In this document: piece after piece, positions 1-15,400 of the stretch
Layout: the number at the start of each line of letters is the position of its first letter
Numbering within the stretch: the first letter of the stretch is position 1
Assembly (NCBI GenBank): GCA_965644295.1
Contig: CBFFRP010000123.1
Location: forward strand, 434,001-498,000
Length of the DNA: 64,000 bases
Reading direction: 5' to 3'
From: Paraphysomonas bandaiensis
Lineage: Eukaryota; Protista; Chrysophyceae
Made by a program: the position numbers and the translations under genes
Notes under the pieces: model-generated
The model's database searches: none
Seen by the model: the letters and a program-made list of their open reading frames with translations, nothing else
What the model was told of the DNA's origin: nothing

Positions 1-575
1 TAGAATCGAAATATCATTTCGGCGCTAACAAGACTAAATGATAGAAAAAATGATAGGCTTTTGGTGGATAATATCTATTATGACTGCTGATGAACAATTT
101 TGGGTAGAAGCGTAGAATCATGTATATGAAGACACGTGGCATGTTCACGGTACTTTTAGTTTTTCTCAAAATTACTTCTGTTCTAAAGTTTCGATAGCTA
201 CGCACTTATGGAGATAGCAGATTGTTGTTTCACATTGATATTGTAAGTGAATTTAAGCAATACATCTGAGAAGCGATAGTTGAAGACACAAGAAATCGTC
301 ATCAATAGCAATTCTTGATTCTTGTGAAGTGTAGTGTATAGGTATACACAAGCATACTATGTGCACTATGAAAGTGTAGTAGTCGACACAGCTAAAGACA
401 TTGCTTTGGTGCGTTATGTTTGATAAAAATTATAACGTCCACCAATATATACAAATAACCTTTCATCACATAACTGTAGATGTGAATAACAAACAATACA
501 AATCTATGGATAACAAATTCCACACTGGTAAAACGTCAAATTGCCGTGAACATGAAGTAACTAAACTGATGTGTT

Positions 576-2730
576 CTACAGATCAATATTAGAGCGACGC
601 CCGACAGTGATGCTAACTGGGGTGGCCACAGGTAATTCAATATAAGTCGAGTTGGCTCGAGAGGATGGTATACTGATGTCGCTAACTTCCACAACTGTGC
701 CGGCCGGAGTTGCTGATGAACGAGACTGACTCGGCGTAACCTCAGCAGTACTGACAGCTCTGTCACCTGGCATAAATACCTGAGCGCGGGGTATATAATT
801 AATTCCACGGAAAACAACATCATTATGCCGCTGCTTCCATTTATAAACGCAATGAATTGCTCCCCGTATCGCAATAAGAGTAAAAAACACTGCTAGAACT
901 GATACGAACACAACACCAAAATCAACTTCTGTGTTAGAATCGGACCCACTTCCTCTAACGACTTCTCTAACCCTGGTTGGCACAGAGGTTGGCATCGTTG
1001 GCTGAGGGGTAGGTACAAGAGTTGGGGTTCTTGTCGGCTGAGGTGAGGGCTCGGATATGGGAACATAGGTGGGAATACTACTTGGCGAAGTTGGGCCGAT
1101 TGACGGTGTAGTTGACGGTACAGAAGTTGTTGGAGTGGCGGATGGACTGGTAGGGGCAACAGACGGTGATTCTGTCGGCTGCGACGATATTGTAGGTACG
1201 TTTGTGGGAACCGGTATCAGAGAGTACATGTATGCCGACCCCGAGCTTATCCCATTATCATCCGTACCGTATGCAGTAACAGATATAGTACTTTCGTATA
1301 CCCTTGTGGCGACACCAAAGTAATCTTGGTAAATACCATCCATAGCAACTAGCTTCATGTGCTGTGTCCACTCGCTCTCTTCCCGCCGAAAGACATAAGT
1401 TGATCCTATCGTGTTATTAAAAAACACATCAATCTATATTGCAGCCGCTTCAGTACCTGAATCGAGCCCCTTATCATCGTCAGTAGCAGCGGACACAAGC
1501 GCTGTGTTGCCATAGATTGATACACTTGTTCCTAGAAAATCACCAGATGATGTATCTGCGGATTGAAGCTTAGCAGTACGTGTCCACATCGCCCCGCTGT
1601 ACGTAAATATATACGCAGCACCTTAACATTCAACACATGTAAGATATTTGTATCACCCATTACACAAAGGAGGGAACTATACCTGCATTAGCCCCATAAG
1701 TCTGGTCTCTATAGGCACCACCAATAAAATTTTCTCCGTGCATTTGTAAAGATACTCCAAAATAACTTAAAATTCGTTATACAGAGTAGAATAAGAAAGA
1801 CCATCGCCTCGTACCTGAAACTCTGAGCATCTGTTGGTATTACCATTTGTTGCTGAGACCATTTGGATGCACCGCTGCTGCTTTCTCTAGAAAATGCATA
1901 CACTGCCCCGCGTCGGTTAAAAAATCCATACGCCCCCACCAACAGCTGATCTTCAAAAGTACTTACTGACAGCCCAAAGTAGTTTTCACTTGCACCGTCA
2001 GATGCTATTAGTTTGGATGACTGTGACCAGGCACCCCCAGAGTAGGCGTATACATACACGGAGCCTATATCGTGTTACACATAAAATAATAAACCACAAC
2101 AGCACCTGAGTTTCGGCCTTGATCATCATCGACATATGCTCCGATTACCATTGTGCTTTCATAGATGCTCAGCGATACGCCAAAATGATCAGCTGTTGAT
2201 CCATCACTGGCAAGTATTCGCGCCTGCTGCGACCACATCCCATTTTGTCTCATAAATACATATACAGATCCTTCACAATACATAACTAACACCAGTCATA
2301 GATGGGCACAGAAACATACCAGATGCAGACCCATTGTCGTCATCCCGAACAGCACCCACACCAACCATATCTTTATATATATCAACTGCATAACCAAACG
2401 TATCCTCACTCTGACCGTCTTGTGCAAGCAACTTTGTTGTTTGCGTCCAGAAGTTATCATATTTATTGAATACATACACAGCCCCTACAACAATAATTAA
2501 ATAAATAAAATATATATTACTGTCATACCTGAGAAATAGCCATATGCATCACTACCGTCCGCACCAACTACAGTTGTGTCCTCGTAAATGCTCACAGATA
2601 TCCCGAGATAATCATTAGCGGTTCCATCGCTGGCAATAAGTTTCTCACTGACTTCTTGTATGCTATTAAATTGAGCCAATAACAACGGAGACAAGAGCAT
2701 TATAAGGGCTCCGGAATAAAATGTACTCAT
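576..2730 (-). CDS. Multi-exon FG-GAP repeat (integrin-alpha-like beta-propeller) type I membrane protein with Pro/Thr/Ser stalk
   Basis: Successive short exons each encode a repeat of the form KLxAxDGxxxDxFGxSVSIxxxxxxVGAxxDD...G.VYVF. N-terminal signal-like MSTFYSGALIMLLSPLLLA, PT/PS-rich stalk, TM segment FGVVFVSVLAVFFTLIAI. GT-AG introns such as 2528-2485. Confidence 0.85.
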
Positions 2731-3411
2731 AATGTAGGCACGATTCCAATGAGAGGGCGGGGCGCTGTGGTTTACGACTATTAAATACAGCTACCGTTTC
2801 ATTTACTGCTATTGAATATAAAACTAAAATGCATCACGAGACACTTATACAGCTCATAGATTGAATATGAGCTACTGTATTGAGCTTATTGCTTCTATTG
2901 AGGGTAGTTTAACGCACCACATGAAAGATACAAACAACATAAGTTTATTCTACCCTTCCCGTACCCCGTCCTGCTGACCGTACCGGGCTACTGTACTGCT
3001 ATTCTACTCTGCTGTTGTGGTAAGCAAGAGCAGCAGTTAAAAGCCGTTATCTATTGACTGGAAAAGTCAAAAAGTCATAAATTCTACAAAAACAAGCAAA
3101 AGATATTTAAAAAATTAGCAAAAATGGCAATATTTTGCAAGCCTCACATCTGCTAAAATATATCGAAAATCATGTTTAAAATGCTAAAAGTGCACATTTT
3201 TGGCCTCTATTTTTCCTTTTCCAAGTGAAGTTTTGTATTGTATGGGTTTTATATGGAAAGTATTTCTGCTTTTACTTAACGACATCTTAACATTAATCGA
3301 TTCACTGCATATCAGTTTCTTACAAGCAGTCAGCTTCCTGGTAATGCAATTGGAATTAACTGATACTATGGGGGCATGACCTATATAGAAGACATTCTAT
3401 AGTCAGTAAAC

Positions 3412-6400
3412 ATGAATTTTGGATCGTCAACTTTCAGTGATTCCAGTGATGATTCCCCTGCACATAATTATACAATTAAGTTGAAGGACATTGGAGGGGG
3501 GATTAGGAGTACAAGGCATCATGGAAAGAGTCCTGAACGCTCTGAGGCATCGAAAGAACTTGGCAATGCGCTTCGTCATATCGATGGGCCATCCAAGTTG
3601 CAAGAGGCCGTGAACAAGGAGAAGCTGAAGTCTTTGTTTGAGTCAAAAGGGCGATCAGAGAGTAGAACCAGAAGAGCACCTCCAAAGCCTCCTTCTCATG
3701 CCCAGTTGCCACCCCGCACCTCTTCTATGGGATTAAATAGCAGACGAAGTGCGCCTCCTGTACCGACGCGTAGAGATAGAGACGAGCAAGTGGACTATTC
3801 ACCTCTGACTACACCAGAAAATATTCGCTCGGCAAAGTGAGTAGTTTAGTATCATATATATCATACCTAATACATATATATCGTGTAGAGTCCGGTTGTC
3901 AAGCTTCATACAACAAGACCATGCACAGATGCGTTCACGGGCTGTGTCATTTTCTACTGACACTCCGGTAACTGTAAAGCCAGATATGGTTGCTCGTACT
4001 GAAGATGGTAATGAAAGCAAAGGTGAAACAGAGCATCTAAAAATTAGAATCAACCAACTCGAGCGGTCGATGTCCGCTCCTCCACCGTCCCAGATGTTGG
4101 GAGATATAAAACAACAACCAAAATCGGTTCATGATTTCAGTTCACGTGGACCACTGAAGAGTTCTCTGGGGTCAGACGATCGATCTCACCAGTCTGACTC
4201 TATGGCTGAAGTATTAAAAGACTGCGCTGATGTTCTTGAGAAATTAAAATTGGCTTGCAAAGAGCTACGGTCCTGTGGTGATAAGAGGGCTGCCGCACGG
4301 TGTATCTACGCTGTTTCTCCTGCTCTTCGCACGGCTTTCAATGTGATGTCGACACAGGTGTGGATCCTCAATAAAGATTCTCAGCGCTATGTGTACATAC
4401 CAAACGGAGACAAGGGTCACATTGATTGCAGCTGTAGTGTTGACGATATGGGCCTAGCACTTCGAAATACCGCCTCAAATGATAGAGGCAGTGAAGGAGA
4501 GGGTATTTTACCTGTCAACTCTGAGTCATTTGCCGGCCCACTGAAGAGTGTGATCGAGTCTGCAATACAGAATGATATTAACAATACTGACGAACGCTAC
4601 CCAACTGCTATTGACATTAATTCAATTCGATCTGTTCATTTTTTTGAAATACGAGTTTCTGACGTAGGATCAACTCCACCATCGGCGTATTTGATGCTCT
4701 GTCGTCAAAACCCTGTAACGGAAACTGATTATCCATCAATTAGCACTATGAAATCTTTATTGCTGATGGAAGCGTTACAAAAGGTTTGTTTCGCTTTAGA
4801 GAACACACTGATGAGGCTTGATACTGAATGGGAACGGGTAGAGTCTGCAGCAGCAGCTGAAGTTCAAAGTACCCTCCGAATGATACACGAGGATTGCACC
4901 CTACCTATATTGAGCGGGGAAATAGACAGCATTGTAGCGATAAATAAAGCAGCACTCAAAGTTACTAGTTTGACTGAAGCTTTAATGAAAAGCCCAATTT
5001 CGTGGCTGGTTTTAAGCACATCACAACCGGAACTGTCTGACTCCTCTTTCTGTGTGTACTCCAGTCACGACACCCAGACTTGTTACAATGTATGCGAAAA
5101 TAACTCGACGGGTACTGATTTTAGCACACCATTGAGTGATTTGATCTATAGCGGAGATTATAGTACGGAGTCTCGAAGAGTTTCTGTGGTCTCAACGACA
5201 TTAGATAAGCTGCGTTTGATGGGACTCCTCAAGGAAGAAACAACTCATAGCAGAATTTGGAACAATTGGACACATGGTCCTGGTGCCATCGTAAAGCTCC
5301 TAGTGGTATCATTTTCTATCGGTGATACTAGCTTTGCTTGTCAGAATGCTATTGTTACAGTTATACCATCTCCTTGTGAAATGTCTTGTGACTTTTGTGG
5401 TCAACAATTGCTAAATATTTCAGAGTCATTTTCGAAGCTAGTGAGCAGTATACGAAACTTCTCTAACAGAATACTTGTATCCAATATCAGCAATTCTTAC
5501 ACCTCTGTAATACGAAATATTTCTCCTCAAAATAGCGATAAGAAAGTGATGTCTTGGGTGAAAGTGATGTCGCAGCCCAGTGTTGCACGTACATTGCTTT
5601 CAAGTAAATCATGCTTGGTGGTGTCCTCAAATCTTGCATACTCTAGAGATTCAGTCGGACTAAATGAATCGTTTTTAGGAGAGAACTTAATTTTATACGA
5701 CCCCGATAGCCAAAGTGAGGTTCATATTGAATTGGACGAAGAAAACACCACGTGGTTAGATACTTTGAGTAGAGGGAAGTCCATAGTTCTGCCATCTCTC
5801 ACCCCGAAGTTACACACCAAAGGTCGCCGTGGTTTAGAAGCCTTAATCAAATTTGTGGAAAAAATAGATTTGACCCAAGCGAAATCTGCTATAATTGTCC
5901 CTCTCAAATGCGTACATGGGCTAGCGTTTCTCGTACTAGTCAATATTAACTATTCGCTCTGCAGAGATTCTATTGTAGAATATGAGAATTTGCAGCACTT
6001 TGACCCAACGTTGGAGAGTATAGCGGACGCAATTATATCTAGTGTTGTACCACAGTTATCTGCTATGATAGAACAGGCGTATCAGAGTGATAAAGTTATG
6101 ATTTCAAGTGTGTCGATGGAGCGTACAATTGCTTGTCAGGACACTGCTTTGGATAGAATTATAGCCTTGCACCAGAAGAGTGTATGCTTTGCGAAGTGGA
6201 GAGAAAGAATGAGCTGTACACGTGCAGAACACACATCGACCATGGCGTCTACTTGCTTCGAGGCTGTGAAAACGTTATGCGCAATCAGTGTTCCGCATGA
6301 CGTACAAGAGTATCTTGAAGATTTAGAGAAGTGTATCTCTTTTATGTTCCCTGAAGATGCTGTTTATATCGATATTGATGCCAAAGTACTCTCATCTCGA

Positions 6401-9400
6401 AGAAGAAGCCGGCAGGGACTACTTGCCAGTAATAGTGCGTATGAAATGAACAACACAATACGTCATAGCTACACTGGTGGTGCTATTGCGTATGTTGTGG
6501 TTTTGCGCTCATCGCAAATAAGAAAGGGCTTCTCTGCTATTGATATCGAGACTCTGGATTTCGTATGTCGGGTAGCCGAATTCAATGGGCGGATTCTGTT
6601 TAAACCATCGAATGATGGAAGTGTGCAGACGGATGAAGTGGTTACTCCTACACCTCCTGTTGTATCGTTTCTTTTACAAGTTATTCCGCATCTCTTCAGC
6701 AAGTCTATGCTTCTCCAAGAACACACAGTCTGTTCAACTGATGGAGATGTTCCGAGCTATGTATCATATATAGTTCAGTGGGTAAAAACAATATGCCAGG
6801 CAGATATGGCATTACTTCGATTAAAGTTACCTCAGGAATTTGGAGTTAATGAAGTGCTTGTTTCTTCTGAAGATAAAGAATGTCCTGTCAGTGCACATAT
6901 AGCAGACATAGGTGATTTTGTAGTCGATGCTTCCGAAAATAGTGTATCGGACAAGTTATCGAATCAAATGTGCGTAAAATTTCTTGGATTGAACGGTGAG
7001 TTGAATATTATTCGGTCGGATGACGATTCTTTTCCTCCACATTCGAATGAAATAGTTTTGGTGATGGTATACTTATTGACATCAGCGATATTGGTACAAC
7101 GTCATATTATTGCCTCGACATTAGATCGAGAGTCGGCACAACAAAGGCAGGCCAATCTTGAAGTTCTCATCACAGAGTTGAAGGGCCATTTAGAATCTGA
7201 AAAGAGTACCGTGTGTATGCTTCTCGATGAAAAGAGCTCCATCAAGTATATGATGACTTTCACATTGGATATCGCACACTGCGATACTGTAGAAGAGATA
7301 AGTAATATTCTATGGGAAAAATTTCCTAAATGCATTGGTGCTACATCATGTGCTCTGTACATCAGAGAGTCTGTTGATCAAAATAGTGATTTCTCGCTTG
7401 TAGCCCCAACCTGTGTCCCGGTTGAAACCTTTGGAGCTGATTTTGAACATTGCATGTCGTGGGCACAATTGAAGAAAATATCAAATTATAGCGATACACC
7501 GGGTACCGGGAAGATTGCACCCTATCGAAGTAAGATTTTACTGCAACATCCAAAGTCGAATGAAATATTGGGAGCCATACTCTTTGCGCAAGATACGTCA
7601 CAGCCTACGAATCAGAGTGAACTGTCTTCACTTCAAGGTATACTCTGCGAAACTGTGTCCACCATGGTCGTCAGTATGATGTCTAATATAGAAGAGCGTA
7701 ATTGTATATTGGGTTCCACAATTCCCCTTTCAGAACTCCGAAAGGTGGAAGAACAGAGGAGTTTGTTATCGGATGAGTTGGAATCCGTACGTGGTGAATT
7801 AAGTGCCGCTTTCAAGAATATTGAAGAGATATCTCGTGAAAAATGTGAATTGCAGGCAGCATTGGAAACAAACGCAGAAGAGTATAGTTTGAAGAGGGAT
7901 CAATTGTCAGAAAAATGCAGTCTCCTGGAGCGTAGCCTTGAGCAGCATCAGTCAGCCAGTGAAACCTTAGTGGGTTCATTGAAAGAAGAACTTGCTCATG
8001 TAAGTGACAGTGAGGAGCTTTTGCGTTCCGCAGTGTCGTCACTTGGAGATATGATTCAGTCTTTTTCGGTTGACTCTAAGTGTAATCAAGAGGGAATTGT
8101 GTTGTGGCTCAGAGAAATTGCGACTGATATAGGAGCAAACGTTTATACGACCCATCGAGGTGAAGGTGGAGAGCTAGCCTTAACCTCAATCAGTGGTGGC
8201 AGCAATGAACGTATCTATTCCACAGATGTATATAATGCTGCCAAAATTGCCATCCGCGATTGTAAGCCTCATGAGATAGCAACATCATTAGGTGAAATGC
8301 AATACCCGTCGAAGGGTGTTGCAAATGAAGCCAGAGATATGAGAGCTGCGACTGTCCTGTGCATCCCCAACAGACTCGCCTCAAGTGGCCTACGCTCTCT
8401 ATCTTCAGTGGACATTGGTGAACCATTGTGTTATATCTTTGTGAGGCCTGGTTCTGAACAGTATACGGATTTTGAAAAAACGTATTTAGTTTGCGTTGTC
8501 GGGATTATTTGTAAAGCAATGCTGTTGATGTTTGTTGCGCGGCAGAGAAATCCAGACGACATCGAACAGATTGTTTTGACGTCATCTATTGAGAAGCAAT
8601 ACGCTGAGAGATTGAAGCATGCTGTTTCATATAGTTGCCGACAATGGGCACAATCATTCAATTCGTGGAGTGATTTATACAAAGCCGCTGAAAATGGCGC
8701 AGTATCTCTACTTTCGGGATGTCCCAAATCCGACGGTGAGCATCTTCCTTTTAGTGTTCAGTGTGTGGCTTGGCAACCAGGGGCGCGGGCCACTAACCCA
8801 CTCAGCGGCAGGTACCACCTAGCGAAAGATGCAAAATCGTTGACAAGAGACACATTTGAGCACGATATTATTGCACACAAGGTCGTATCGACCGGACTAT
8901 CTCACCGGAGTGGAAACACTATGTGGATTCCTCTAAAACTGCAGTCTGGAGAGGTTATTGCTGTCCTATGTCTCGAGAGAACAGTGAACTATGCAGTGCG
9001 TGCACCGGAATATGATTCGGATAGAGAAAAATTTGATATTGAAGATCGGTCCGAGCTCCATCACAGTGATAAACGACAGTTAGAACGTGACTCCTTGTTT
9101 ACGGGCCCTGAAGAGGAAATGATGAACATGTATGCGACAATGGCAGTAGGGGCATTAGATCGTATTATTCATCACCAAGAAGCTCTTATTAGTGTTCAAA
9201 AAGCGAGTCGGGCAATACTTGCTCTACAAAATACTCAGGAATCACTGGAGTCCCGTGTCGCAATGGAAGTGGCTCAGAAGCTGAAATTTCAGGAATCTCT
9301 AAAGTTCAGTTCAGATATTCTATCATCGGTGGTTATGAAAAGGTATAATTTGTAAGTTATTATCGTTTAGCTAACAGTTTAGTCAGATTGGATATGCCAA

Positions 9401-12400
9401 TGTTCTTGGACTCTATCAATCGATTAGTATTGACGGTGTCATCAAGTCATGATTGTTTCATCATTGTTCCTTTTATGCCTGGAGAGGAGCATGAAAGTAA
9501 GGCTGAAACTAATCCAAATGCTCTATTTACAATCAATAGAGAAAGTGGGAAATCGGTTGAAGTTCAACTCGAGCCAATGGATATTGAATATATTGCGTTG
9601 AAAACACAACGTGTGTGTCGCATGACGGGAGGCGGTGACTACAACAGTTGGGCAGCGAGGAACGGTGTAATAGATAAAGCGTCCTCAATTACTGCAGGAC
9701 TTAGTGCACTTTCATCGGACGCTACGGAGGCGAAATCGAAAGCTATACATGCTATAGCCGTGCCATGCAGTTTCCGCGACGGGAGTTCTGCTGTGGTAGT
9801 TGTTTTACGAAAATCTTTTGAGTATGACAACTCCGATGAAAGTTGTTTGTGCTGTATGTCCAAAGTTATCAGCTGTGCTATGGACATGATCAGGGATCAA
9901 CTAGCGTATATTAGCCTTCGCAATAGCAACGCTGAATTACAACGGGAATGCGACACTCTCGACAGTGAATTGAAAGCTTCGAAACAACAGACACCGGTTG
10001 GAAGTGAAGGGGACACCGATAGTCACGAAACTATTGATGGGGGTGCATTGCAGGCTGCTGTAGCACTCTTACAACAAGACTTAGTAGAATCGTTGATATC
10101 AAGGCAGAAAAGTTTTCCTTTCGACATAAGCAATGTACAATCAGCTGTCGATATGCTTGTACATTGCACTTCCATAGTATTTCAAAGCTCTGGGGTCGAA
10201 GTCTGGTCAGCAGCTGATACACATCAGCACTCAGAAGACATGGATGCTATGCTTCTGGATAGCAATGAGAGAACGAACAGAGACGCTATTCACTTAGGTC
10301 GGATTAAAGTGGTGATGTGGGAAGAAGCATCTTTAAGTGGTGATGGGCGCATATCATCTTGGTATATCAAAGCTGTATTTACTTTTCCAGATGTGTTCGA
10401 CTCCCCAATGTGGTTGAAAATAAGGAAACACCCAGACGACAATCCTTCTGTGTATAGAATCAAATTTCTTTTCACACTAATGTACTTATTATTTGTGAAT
10501 GGTCACTCCAAGAGCGTCAGACAGCTGCACGAAACTCTAGAATCTCGAAGAGAAGAATATGAATTATCGCATCTTGAAGAAGTTAGTCGTATTCAAAATG
10601 AAATGAGACTAATGCAGGAAACTTTTTCAGTCGAGCGAGCTCAATTTGAAACAGAGAAAGCTGCCCAACAAAAGTCATATGACACAGAAATAGAGAAATT
10701 AAAATTGAGATTGAAGTCAACGCTGCGACATCAAACGAAAGAGAAGAGAGTCGTGTTGAATATGATGGAAACTTTATTTGGCCTTTCCAAATTTGTTGAA
10801 TCGTGTAGTACGATTTCAAAGTCTAATACAATAAAGTCTCCAAAGAAGTTAAACATTACCAAGTTGTTTCGCAAGATATGTGATATTCTGGGAGATGATG
10901 GGTGCGTTGATGTTGCGGCAGCTATTGCCAAGAGTGCGCGAAAAGACATTGAGCGACACAAAGATATAGGTAGTGGACGCCCCGTGATTTCTACTGCTGA
11001 TTTTGGGTCTACATATTTGACATGGATTTCGCCCTCAACACATTGGATTGGTACAAGTAGCCCTATGTCGTCAACAAGTCCAATCGCTGTGGCGTATACT
11101 ACCAAACGCATTATTGTAGTTACGTCATCACAAGAAACTTTGGTAAAACACTCAGCTGAAAGTCCGGACAATCCAAAGCCGTCTATTGGGTCTAATGAAT
11201 GGTCCTGGTCTGTCAATGACAGTTTGCCAGATATGACTATCGTTGTGCCATTTGTGTTTCCATCTCAAGACGAGGAGTACGTACTTGTTGTGAAGCCTCG
11301 AGGTGAGCATGCTGATTACAAAGTACCCATTGCTACGAGTCTAGCATTTTGGTCATTCTTTAGAAGTTTGATGAAGCATACGGTTGCTTTTAATTTGTCG
11401 ATTTATCACAACTTCAGTCAACGTAGGGGTACGGGCTTACAAAATATTTTGTTGAAGAAAGGGAAAAGGGACCTTGCTGCTAGAATTCATCAACTATCCC
11501 GTGCCTTTTCGTTGTTAAAATCGAATTGGATAGTTGACAAGCTATCAGCATACTCTTACAATGAAAGAAAATACATTGCTGCCAAAAAACATATCCGCGT
11601 TCTTGAGCGCTCCGTTGCTGATTGGGCTGAGCTTGTGAGAGGAGTTAATGGGGCATCGAGTGGCATATCTCGTGGCCTCACTGGTCTGTGGGGGCAAGCG
11701 TGTCGGCCGTTGATGTCTATGATTACAAGTCATGTGACGCTACGTGGTTGTGGACTGTTGGTTGCCAGTGAAGATGAAGAAATCATGGATCTTAATGTTG
11801 AAGAATTATCCGCTTTTGATCACACTCCTCAACGCAACTTTGACGGTGAAGGGGCTAGTATCAGTATTCGACCTGCTACTGAGCTTGGGTCAAATGTACA
11901 GTCCTTAGCTTGGAATATATTGAACGGCCAAATGACAGCAACAACAGAGGGAAATGTTCAACGGCTATGGAAACTGTCCCGTTCTAGTAGTATGAGGGTT
12001 GGGGCAGATGAACAGATGTGGCTCGTCCCACTGAGGACTGCTACGGAGGTATTGGGCGTTGTTAGAGTAGCGGTAGATGTTGTGTCTGATGACACTCACA
12101 ACTACACACGCCAAGGAACACGAGAAGTAGCCGAGTATGATGACTACAGTGAAGAAGATAGTACTGACTATGGTTGGGCGGGCGGTGGCCCTGAGAGCGC
12201 TAAAAGGAATATAATTAACTTTGCAGAGATTTTTGCACCCATGGTCACGGCAGCTCGCCAGCTTGAAATTGGCACCCAACGTGAAAAGGAATGTGAAGAT
12301 GAGGTTCGAGAAAGTTTCCACAAACAGACACTGTATAGGAATGAAGTTGATATTATGATGGCAAGGATACGTATGCTAGCTAGTGGTGTGTCGGCGGTCA

Positions 12401-15400
12401 GCCGTGCCTGTGTCACTGAGTCTACCGATGACGATTTTTCTTCCACTACATTTGCTGTTTTATGTAGTCGGATACAAATTCCTCTTGCCATGGCAATGGA
12501 CTTTGAAATTAGTATGCTTTCAACAGAGGAACATGCTCAAAGACAAAATGATACCCAAGTACATTCTAAGCAAATGGTGTATGAGCCAATAACTAACGAG
12601 GACAATGTTGTTGTTGGATACATTTGCGGTGTCGCTTCCAGTACTGATAATGTGGACAAGAGTTCTACTCATCCGGTGGAGCTATACGGTGAGAGCGATG
12701 ATGACGTACATTCGAAAAACTCTGAGAAGCCGGAAACCTACTTCGATTCGACAACGGTGTCTTCGATTCTTCGAATTCTTGCCACAAGCCTATCGGGGTA
12801 TTACATATCGCTTCACAGAGAACTGAGTGCGAAGTTTAATTTCACAACTGCTGTTGCTAGCATGCATAAAATGCAACATGAACTTGAAGACCAGAGTCGT
12901 TTGAGGGAAGAGTGTTCATACAGGGAGGTGTTGTCGAGTGAAACCAGCTCATTTAATAACAAGGTAGCTGATATTATGCGAGAATGTGCGATGTGTGATA
13001 CACAATATTCTTGGAATATTTCGGAACCGAATTACGTATCTCGTGATATATCTTCTAAGTTACAACCAATGCCTGAGTGCGTCGGCCATACAGTGGCAAC
13101 TTTGTTGATGAAACTTTGTAAAACTCTTCCGACTGTATTTAGAGATGAACCTTCATTTATATTTGGCGTACTGTGCAATAGTGTATCATTGATGGATTCG
13201 TCCGAAGAGCGTAAAGAATTTGACCGTGAGGGAAATAATGATCTAATGTGGTATGATTCCGAAGGTGTTAGTGCTGATTTAGAATTACGTTTTCCTGATC
13301 ATATTGGAGTGAGTGAAAGTACTGTTCAGATTGCAGCGAACCTTGCTCGAGCATCTATTTCGAAAGGAACGAAATCATGTGTTGATATTGAAGTGGAAAT
13401 TAAGCATTCAGTAGATACACTACCTGTTGAGACAACAGTAAGAGTTTTGTCCATACCACTAATTGTTCGATCGAATTTATCGAACTCTCGAGATTCTTTT
13501 TTGAGAGTGCCCCACGGTAGTAGTTTTTCAGTTGGGGTATTACAAGTATTCCTACATGCCAATTCTGATAAATCGGAAGTTGAGGCGCTGTGCAGTGATA
13601 TTTCATTGGCTGTGGCTGGTTGTATATACAACGACCGCATGCGCCGGGAAATATTGAGACGTGTGGATGAAGCCGCAGCGACCAATACGATGTTGGCATC
13701 AACTCTTGAAGATAGTTCGAAGGAGAATGAGCTGCTTCGGTATAAGAGTACCCTGTGGAACTCAGTATCACTCTATTTATGTGAGGTAGTCAGGTCTTGT
13801 AGCAATGGTGAAGAACTTGAGAATGCTATGCTTGAAGTTCAAAATATGTTATCCAAAGCAGGGATAACGCTATCTACTAAGAAAGAAAATATCCAACCTG
13901 ACAATTCTGTGTCGGGTCGCAAGACTGTGCATTCTCAGCGGTTGGTGTATTTAGGAAGCCATGGCAGTGAAAAGTCTGAAATTGAACTTGAGTGCACGTT
14001 TTCAGAATTAGGACCACTTTCTGGAGATTTCGATAATATTTGTGGGTTACTAAGTTATTATTTTACAAACCTTAGTTCAATTATTAATTCAAGAGATATA
14101 ATTTCAGAGGATGGAACTAAGAAAGTTAAAGATTTGTCGACGAAATTGCATGCGTTGGAAGAAGAATATTCCGACTCACGTAGTCAGTGTCAGGTTCTAT
14201 CAGAGAAATTGGCAGCGACGACAGCCGTGGTCTCGGCCCAATCTGATCGCATCGTTGCGATGAAGGGTAAACTACCACGAGCGATTGAAGCCGTCCTGAA
14301 ACCCTTGCAAGATAATATTTCTATGTTATTGGCCTCAGATATGATTCCACCTGATGAACATTCTCTGGATTCTATGTTGTTTACAGTGGACGAAACAGAG
14401 AAATTATTCAACCGCTTCGCGAAGTCAGTGTCTGCCGCCGTAAGCAAAGTACTCGGGGGTTCTACACGGCCATATCATGTGGCCGTGTTGGTGCGAAGCC
14501 ACAAATCTAAGGAGTCGAAAGAGGATACTGGACATGCGAATCGTATTGTTGTTTTTGATGGATTGAATTCATCCGGTACTACTCATCTTACTTCGGAAGA
14601 AGAAGAGAATGGAATGGGTAGATCCAGTGTGCATGAATGCTTTTCCACCAAAATTGCCAAAGTAGTAACCGTCAGCGGAAGTGTGTACAGTCTAATGTCA
14701 TCTGATTTGATTGGGCTGAACAACGACCAATTAAATTCGATGAATATAGTGAGCAAGCATGGAGAGCGCCGAAAGAGATATTTTTCCACTGTAATGTCTG
14801 TACCCCTCGTGACTAATATTGCAAACTTGGAGTCAATCGTGCGTATTATATTTTGCGAAGAGGATAAGAATCGGGGTGAGGGTATATCAAGTGCACAATA
14901 TGCTGTTAATTCCCAAGTCCTTATTGTAAAGTATGTAACGGAGTTAATTTGTTCTATGGGCAAATGGGTGTCAAAATATTTATATATACGACACCAAATG
15001 CAGAAGTTTGAAAAAGATAATGTAGTGTTGGGTGAAGAATTCGAGAAGAAAAGCTCACTTGTACAGTCACAGCTTTCGAAATGTCGACGAATGTATAAGT
15101 ATGTATGTCGCGAAGCTATCAATCTGATTGACCCGCCAACCGTTTCTTCTGTACAGCTTGATGGTACAAGCAGAACGGCGACTCATGCAGCTATATTACG
15201 TCCACTCCTTGCGCTGCAAGACAGCTGTTTAAAAACTCTTACTATTGTAAGAAATGTGACTCGCAGTGATGGTCAAGCGATATTGCTTCAGCACTCCGAC
15301 AGGGCATCTAATAGTTATGAACTGATATTTACAGGAAGTGCTTTATCATGGCCGGGAATAGAAGAGGGATCGTTTGGTGTGTTGAGCGCTTCTTCATCTA

